From Cyanophyceae cyanobacterium (lineage in GTDB: Bacteria > Cyanobacteriota > Cyanobacteriia > Cyanobacteriales > JBHJGN01): a stretch of DNA of 64,000 bases. The position numbers and the translations under genes are program-made. The stretch covers positions 1-64,000 of the forward strand of contig JBHJGN010000051.1 in NCBI GenBank assembly GCA_050331735.1, given 5' to 3'. Shown one piece after another: positions 58,511 through 64,000 of this stretch. Each line of letters starts with the position of its first letter. Within the stretch, counting starts at the first letter, position 1. Under the pieces are notes generated by a model. The model saw only the letters and a program-made list of their open reading frames with translations. It had not been told where the DNA came from and searched no databases.

Positions 58511-60163
58511 TTGAAAATGATGAAATATTGGCATCCACTGCTGGTTACTTTAGGGATTGTTGGGTCTACTGTGCTTCCCTCCTCGGCTGTAACCGCTCCG
58601 CCTCCGGGAGAGGCCTCTCAAGCTGCATTATCTTTTCGTCAAAGCTTGTCAACGGCTGAAGCGGTCGTTGAGGAAAGTCCCAACACAGAATTCGCTCTCG
58701 ATGAGATTTTAGAATCTGATTGGGAGTTACTGGCTCAAAACTCAGAAACAGCGGAGACGGAGGCGGAATCTTCAGCAGAAGAGACAGACTCTCCCGAGGA
58801 AATAGCGCGACGAGAAAAGCTGGCAGAAGCCGATCGTCTTTATCAAGCCGGAGAGGTAGCAGAAGCAGCGCGACTATATCGAGAAGCCAAAGAACCGTTT
58901 GCTTTAGAAGCTGAAGCCGAGACAGAACAGCCAGCAGCGATTTATGAACCAGCGAACCTTCCTCCAGGGGGGGTGGTCTACTGGCGAGAGTACCAAACGG
59001 GATTAGCCGAAGAGCTAGAGAGCAAAATTTTTGCTCCGCTGAAATTGCTCGTTGAACAGCATCCAGAGTTTATTCCCGGACATATTCAGTATGCTCAAGC
59101 GCTGGCGGAGGCTGAACGGGAGCAAGAAGCTCAATTGGTTCTCCAGTCAGCGATCGCCCTTTATCCAGAAGAAGCCAAGCTCCTCCAGGCCAAGCTGGAA
59201 GCAGATGCCGCCTCTGAGCGCTGGTTAGAAGCTTCCTTAGCGGCCCGTCAGTTTGCTCTGTTCAACCCCGAACATGCTCAGGCGGAAGCCTTCGATCGCT
59301 TAGCCGATCAATACCTGGAAGAATACAAAAGCGACCTCCGTTCGGACATGACCTGGAACACCGTCGGTAGCGTTATTACTGGCGCTTTGAGCTATGCGCT
59401 GACGGGAAATCTGTTTGGTCCACTGTCGGCGATCGAAACCACGGCGCTGCTGCTTCAGGGGGAATCGGGCATTGGCGATCGCTATGCGGATAGGCTTCAA
59501 GAGCAGCTACCGCTCGTCGAAGACGAAGTCGTTCTAGAGTACGTGCGCGGCATCGGCAATAAGCTAGCGAGCGTTGCGGGACGAGACGAGTTTGAGTACG
59601 AGTTTTATGTGGTGCTCGACGACCGTCTCAACGCCTTTGCTCTGCCGGGAGGGAAAATCTTTATTCACACAGGAGCGATTCAAAAAGCAGCCTCCGAAGC
59701 CGAGTTGGCCGGTCTGCTCGCTCACGAACTGGCCCACGCAGTTCTCTCTCACGGGTTTCAGCTAGTGACTCAAGGGAACTTAACGGCGAACGTCGCTCAG
59801 TTTATTCCCTATGGCGGCACGGCGGCTAACTTGCTCGTTTTAGATTACAGTCGCGGCATGGAAAAGGAAGCCGATCTCCTCGGCACAAGAATCTTGGCGG
59901 CGGGCGGCTATGCAGCAGACGGACTGCATAACTTAATGGCAACGATGGCAGAGGAAGATCGACCAACTCCGTTTGTCTGGCTGTCTACGCACCCAGACCC
60001 AGAACGGAGAGTGGGATACCTAGAGGAGTTTATTGTCACCAACGAGTACAACCGTTACACCTACGAGGGCATCACTCGGCATCAGCAAATTCAAGACCGG
60101 GTCAGCAAGCTTTGGGATGAATACAGGGAAAGCGAAGAGTATCAGGAGAGAGAGAGACGTTGA
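58511..60163 (+). CDS. M48 family metalloprotease with TPR-like N-terminal region
   Basis: NAFALPGG, ELAGLLAHELAH (HExxH), YSR..E.EAD and LSTHP. Confidence 0.9.
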   Translation: MKMMKYWHPLLVTLGIVGSTVLPSSAVTAPPPGEASQAALSFRQSLSTAEAVVEESPNTEFALDEILESDWELLAQNSETAETEAESSAEETDSPEEIARREKLAEADRLYQAGEVAEAARLYREAKEPFALEAEAETEQPAAIYEPANLPPGGVVYWREYQTGLAEELESKIFAPLKLLVEQHPEFIPGHIQYAQALAEAEREQEAQLVLQSAIALYPEEAKLLQAKLEADAASERWLEASLAARQFALFNPEHAQAEAFDRLADQYLEEYKSDLRSDMTWNTVGSVITGALSYALTGNLFGPLSAIETTALLLQGESGIGDRYADRLQEQLPLVEDEVVLEYVRGIGNKLASVAGRDEFEYEFYVVLDDRLNAFALPGGKIFIHTGAIQKAASEAELAGLLAHELAHAVLSHGFQLVTQGNLTANVAQFIPYGGTAANLLVLDYSRGMEKEADLLGTRILAAGGYAADGLHNLMATMAEEDRPTPFVWLSTHPDPERRVGYLEEFIVTNEYNRYTYEGITRHQQIQDRVSKLWDEYRESEEYQERERR

Positions 60164-60366
60164 GCGCTATTGAGGCTATCTGGTATCTTCTGATTGTGGC
60201 AAAGGCGTTGGCATGAGCCAATAACGACAGTGGGTAAGCTGTGCTGCCTTAATTCAAGCCCTGCTGTAGAGCACAAATTGCGTCACAATAGAATTTGTCG
60301 TTAGTTTTCTCATCACTCTGAGTAGACAAACGACAACTGACGAATGACTAAGGACAAATAGCCCCG

Positions 60367-61461
60367 ATGCTGAGAGCCGGAATTGTCGGATTACCCAACG
60401 TTGGTAAATCTACCCTCTTTAATGCCCTCGTTGCCAATGCCAAAGCAGATGCTGCCAACTTTCCTTTTTGCACCATTGAACCGAATGTTGGTGTAGTTGC
60501 GGTTCCTGATGAGCGTCTGGCGGTGCTGGCCAACATTTCCCAGTCGGAGAAGATTGTCCCGACGCGCATCGAGTTTGTCGATATTGCGGGGTTGGTGAAA
60601 GGCGCGAGTCAAGGAGAAGGTTTAGGTAATCAGTTCCTCGCCAATATTCGCGAAGTGGATGCCATTGTGCATGTGGTGCGCTGTTTCGACAGCGAAGATA
60701 TTATTCACGTGGCGGGTTCTGTCGATCCGCTACGGGACATCGAAGTAATTAATCTCGAGCTAGTGTTAGCAGATTTGGCGCAGGTAGAGCGCCGTATTGA
60801 ACGGGTTCGTAAGCAGGCCAAAGGCAACAATAAAGAAGCGCAGGCCGAATTAGCGCTTCTGGAAAAGCTGCTTCCACACCTGAATGAAGGGAAAGCCGTT
60901 CGCCAGATGACGTTTACCGAAGAAGAAGCGGCTATGCTGAAGTCGTTGGGTTTACTGACCTATAAACCTATTATCTACGCGGCTAACGTCTCAGAAGAGG
61001 ATCTCGCCACTGGGAACGACTGGGTAGAACAGGTGCGATCGCTCGCCACCACCGAAGAAGCAAAAGTGGTAATTGTCTCGGCTAAGGTAGAATCAGAGCT
61101 GATCGAGCTATCCGATGAGGAGCGTCAGGACTTTTTGGAGTCTCTCGGCGTAGCAGAAGGGGGGCTAAAATCCTTAATTAGAGCCACGTACGATCTCCTG
61201 GGCTTACGCACCTATATCACCACAGGCCCGACTGAAACTCGCGCCTGGACGATTCGCGCTGGCATGAAAGCACCCCAGGCGGCGGGAGTAATTCATACCG
61301 ATTTTGAGCGAGGCTTCATCCGCGCTGAAACCGTTGCTTACGAAGATTTAGTGGCGGCTGGAGCCATGAACGCCGCTAAGGAAAAGGGCTTAGTGCGCTC
61401 AGAAGGGAAAGAGTACGAGGTTAAGGAAGGAGACGTGCTGCTCTTTCGGTTTAACGTATAG
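60367..61461 (+). CDS. ychF: Redox-regulated ATPase YchF
   Basis: GIVGLPNVGKSTLFNA, NFPFCTIEPN, DIAGLVKGAS.GEGLGNQFL and TGS domain ending FRFNV. Confidence 0.97.
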   Translation: MLRAGIVGLPNVGKSTLFNALVANAKADAANFPFCTIEPNVGVVAVPDERLAVLANISQSEKIVPTRIEFVDIAGLVKGASQGEGLGNQFLANIREVDAIVHVVRCFDSEDIIHVAGSVDPLRDIEVINLELVLADLAQVERRIERVRKQAKGNNKEAQAELALLEKLLPHLNEGKAVRQMTFTEEEAAMLKSLGLLTYKPIIYAANVSEEDLATGNDWVEQVRSLATTEEAKVVIVSAKVESELIELSDEERQDFLESLGVAEGGLKSLIRATYDLLGLRTYITTGPTETRAWTIRAGMKAPQAAGVIHTDFERGFIRAETVAYEDLVAAGAMNAAKEKGLVRSEGKEYEVKEGDVLLFRFNV

Positions 61462-61543
61462 AGAGTTTGTAACGCTTTGACAAGAGTTTTTAGCTTTTCC
61501 TGATTGGTCTCCCGTTGTTTGAAGAAGTCAATCTAGCTCTCGT

Positions 61544-62464
61544 CTAAACGGAAGCAGACGAAACTTGAGCGATTACTGTTCGATGGCGAGGGCTATTGCA
61601 AGTCACTGTCGGTGAATCAAATCCTGCTGCTACCAAGGCTTGCTCTAAATCAAGCGAAAAATACTGGTCGAGATAGGGTTCCGTACTTTTGAGCAGCGTG
61701 AGGATGTAGGGCGGCATCTTTTTGTAAGCCTCTGCTTGGGGATTCATATCCATCATGGCAAAGTACCCTCCTGGACGCAGCAGGCGACGCGCCTCTCGAA
61801 AAACCGCTTGAGCGACCAGTTGAGGCAGTTCGTGAAACAGCAAACAGGCAGATACTAGGTCGAACGAGGCATCCGCTAATCCGGTCGATTCAGCAGCGGC
61901 ATGAATCCAATTAATTTGGGCTTGGCGCTCTCGGGAACGATAGCGGGCGACGGCCAGAAAGTGGGGCGATAAATCAAGTCCCGTCACCTGAGCTTCGGGA
62001 TAGACAGCCTGAAGAGCAAAGGTACTCATGCCCACGCTACAGCCCAGGTCTAGAATATTTCGTGGCGGCAACGGCATAGGTGTGAGCACATTATGGTAGC
62101 TTTGCCTCAATTGAGAATCGCCCTGCGCCCCGGCATCCGCCCAAATGGTAGCGTGAACCGCATGAGCCGCCGATTCGACTTCTAAAGCCGCCTCCCAACA
62201 CAAGTTGCCCTGGTCGTAAGCATGAAAGGAGCTGAGATAGTAATCAGGATAGGTCGATAGAGACTGGACCTGCTTCAGTTCCCCCCGCCAATCGTGGGAA
62301 TGCAGACTGGCAACATTTTCTCGCCAGGGAACGCCAATCGCCTCTGCTCTTCTAATCATCATGCTGCGGGCGCGATTTTTAGCGAGGTCAGCTAAGGGTT
62401 TAACCGAGAGAATCCCGTTGACAAGGCGTGAGGCTATTCCTGGTGGTTTAACAGTAGCGGACAT
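61544..62464 (-). CDS. Class I SAM-dependent methyltransferase
   Basis: YPDYY..FHAY..GNL, ILDLGCSVG, FHELP and RLLRPGG. Confidence 0.88.
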   Translation of the reverse strand: MSATVKPPGIASRLVNGILSVKPLADLAKNRARSMMIRRAEAIGVPWRENVASLHSHDWRGELKQVQSLSTYPDYYLSSFHAYDQGNLCWEAALEVESAAHAVHATIWADAGAQGDSQLRQSYHNVLTPMPLPPRNILDLGCSVGMSTFALQAVYPEAQVTGLDLSPHFLAVARYRSRERQAQINWIHAAAESTGLADASFDLVSACLLFHELPQLVAQAVFREARRLLRPGGYFAMMDMNPQAEAYKKMPPYILTLLKSTEPYLDQYFSLDLEQALVAAGFDSPTVTCNSPRHRTVIAQVSSASV

Positions 62465-62796
62465 AGAAATAGAATTAAAATAAGTATCTACTACATATCA
62501 TGGGGCTAGGGTGATGCGGCTTGATGATACACAATTTTTTAGAAGCTGTCAGCTCTCCTCTCACAGTTGGAAAGTAGAGTGGCCAATAGCTAAACGGGGA
62601 AAAGGGTCGTCTCAAATCCGTTTAATTCCCTTCTAAACGGAACCTTCTGCCGTCTGCCTCCTGCCTTCTCAACGCTCTCCTCATTATGATTACGTTCGAT
62701 GAAGCGGAAAGAAATGGTCTGAACTAGTCTTTTATTGGCCATCGGGAGCAACGATACAATTCAACTATCTCATTAAATGGCAGAATTTTTGAATCG

Positions 62797-63573
62797 ATGG
62801 AATTAACAATCGGCTGGCTTTATCCAACATTGATGAGTACCTATGGCGATCGCGGCAACGTTATTTGCCTTCAGCAGCGCTGTCGGTGGCGCAATATCAA
62901 GACCGCTGTGACTCCGCTCGACCGCCAAAGTCCAGCATCTGAGTTTGAGCAGGTTGATTTAATCGTTGGTGGAGGAGCGCAGGATCGCCAGCAGGAGATT
63001 GTCATGCGAGATCTACGGGGAGCTAAAGCAGCGGCTCTCCGCGCTCAAATTGAGGCCGGAACGCCGGGAGTGTTTACCTGCGGCTCTCCCCAATTGCTGG
63101 GTCACTATTACGAACCGGCCCTCGGGCAGCGCATTGAAGGACTCGGCATCTTTGACATGGTGAGTAAACATCCTGGTCCTGACGTGCCGCGCTGCATCGG
63201 TAACGTGGTTTTTGAGCTCACCGCTCCCCTCGCTCAGGACTTGAACGGCTTACCCGTCGTCGGCTTTGAAAATCATGGCGGGCGCACCTATCTCGGTGAC
63301 GTTCAGCCGTTGGGACGAGTCCTCACCGGCTACGGCAATAACGGAGAAGACGGTACAGAAGGAGCCTTGTACCGCCACGCGATCGCCACCTATGCCCACG
63401 GCCCCCTCTTGCCCAAAAATCCTTCTTTAGCAGACTGGCTAATTCACACCGCCTTGCAGCAGAAGTATCAAACCACCGCTACCTTAACAAAACTCAATGA
63501 TTCTTTGGCTGAGAAAGCGCGTCAGGCTATGTTTGCACGACTTAAATTAACGAGTTTGCTCAAGAGCGCCTAA
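62797..63573 (+). CDS. Type 1 glutamine amidotransferase, CobQ/GatD-like
   Basis: LYP.LMSTYGDRGN, GGGAQD, GFENHGG and TYAHGPLLPKNP. Confidence 0.88.
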   Translation: MELTIGWLYPTLMSTYGDRGNVICLQQRCRWRNIKTAVTPLDRQSPASEFEQVDLIVGGGAQDRQQEIVMRDLRGAKAAALRAQIEAGTPGVFTCGSPQLLGHYYEPALGQRIEGLGIFDMVSKHPGPDVPRCIGNVVFELTAPLAQDLNGLPVVGFENHGGRTYLGDVQPLGRVLTGYGNNGEDGTEGALYRHAIATYAHGPLLPKNPSLADWLIHTALQQKYQTTATLTKLNDSLAEKARQAMFARLKLTSLLKSA

Positions 63574-63800
63574 ACTGTTGATAGAACTCTTTTCGTGCAA
63601 TATCCATTAAGATGTTGCTGTCGAAAAGATTCTTCATGACAGTACCTAAGTAGGTAGGCGTAATCAAGTGTAAAACCTGAGAAAGCAAGGAGAGGCACGA
63701 AAAGCTAAGAGCTAAAAAGCTAATCTACTTTTATTTTCGGTTTAATTCTACCCGCCTACCGATCTAAACATTTGCCCTTAATTCCATACAGCCAGAAATT

Positions 63801-64000
63801 ATGACTGGAAAAGTATTAGATAATGGGGTTCCGGGTGCTCTTATCCTGCTAGTGCCGCTCGCTCTAGCGATGGTTGTTCTCGTGACTGCCTGGCCGTTCA
63901 TCCTGGGGCTGCTCGTTTTTGGTCTCGGCGTACGGTTTTGGCAAAACTACCAGTGGAAACAGTGGTGCAAACAAGTAGATCCCTTTTTTCATCAACTGAT
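63801..64000 (+). CDS. Membrane protein, 5' part (runs off window end)
   Basis: MTGKVLDNGVPGALILLVPLALAMVVLVTAWPFILGLLVFGLGVRFWQNYQWKQWCKQVDPFFHQL, open to the end. Confidence 0.65.
   Translation, partial: MTGKVLDNGVPGALILLVPLALAMVVLVTAWPFILGLLVFGLGVRFWQNYQWKQWCKQVDPFFHQL

Overview
Cyanobacterial chromosome segment, judged from dense HIP1 GCGATCGC octamers, tocopherol cyclase and cyanobacterial-type DUF445/DUF4149 genes. Most of it is ordinary housekeeping and envelope genes. The main exception is 24977-38415. A tRNA-Arg(CCU) gene is split by a 245-nt Azoarcus-like group I intron, and its 3' exon is the attachment site of a 12.75-kb integrated element (attL 25279-25296, attR 38029-38046, paired TTACTACA arm-type sites). 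The element carries a tyrosine integrase, a tightly coupled operon of unrecognisable, possibly structural proteins, an FHA protein and an M15 endolysin flanked by small membrane proteins. It also has an oppositely oriented DnaB-N/AAA replication module with an internal GTGATC iteron cluster. I see no terminase, portal, HK97 capsid, tail, packaging ATPase or Zot gene, so it is a candidate small temperate virus or satellite of an unfamiliar type. A decayed paralogous integrase beyond attR suggests repeated use of the site. Also present: a LamG/glycan locus, a FabH-like (DarB/StlD) ketosynthase fused to a heme-oxygenase-like domain, and a small accessory patch at about 48-51 kb. All product calls come from motif recognition by eye, with no database searches.
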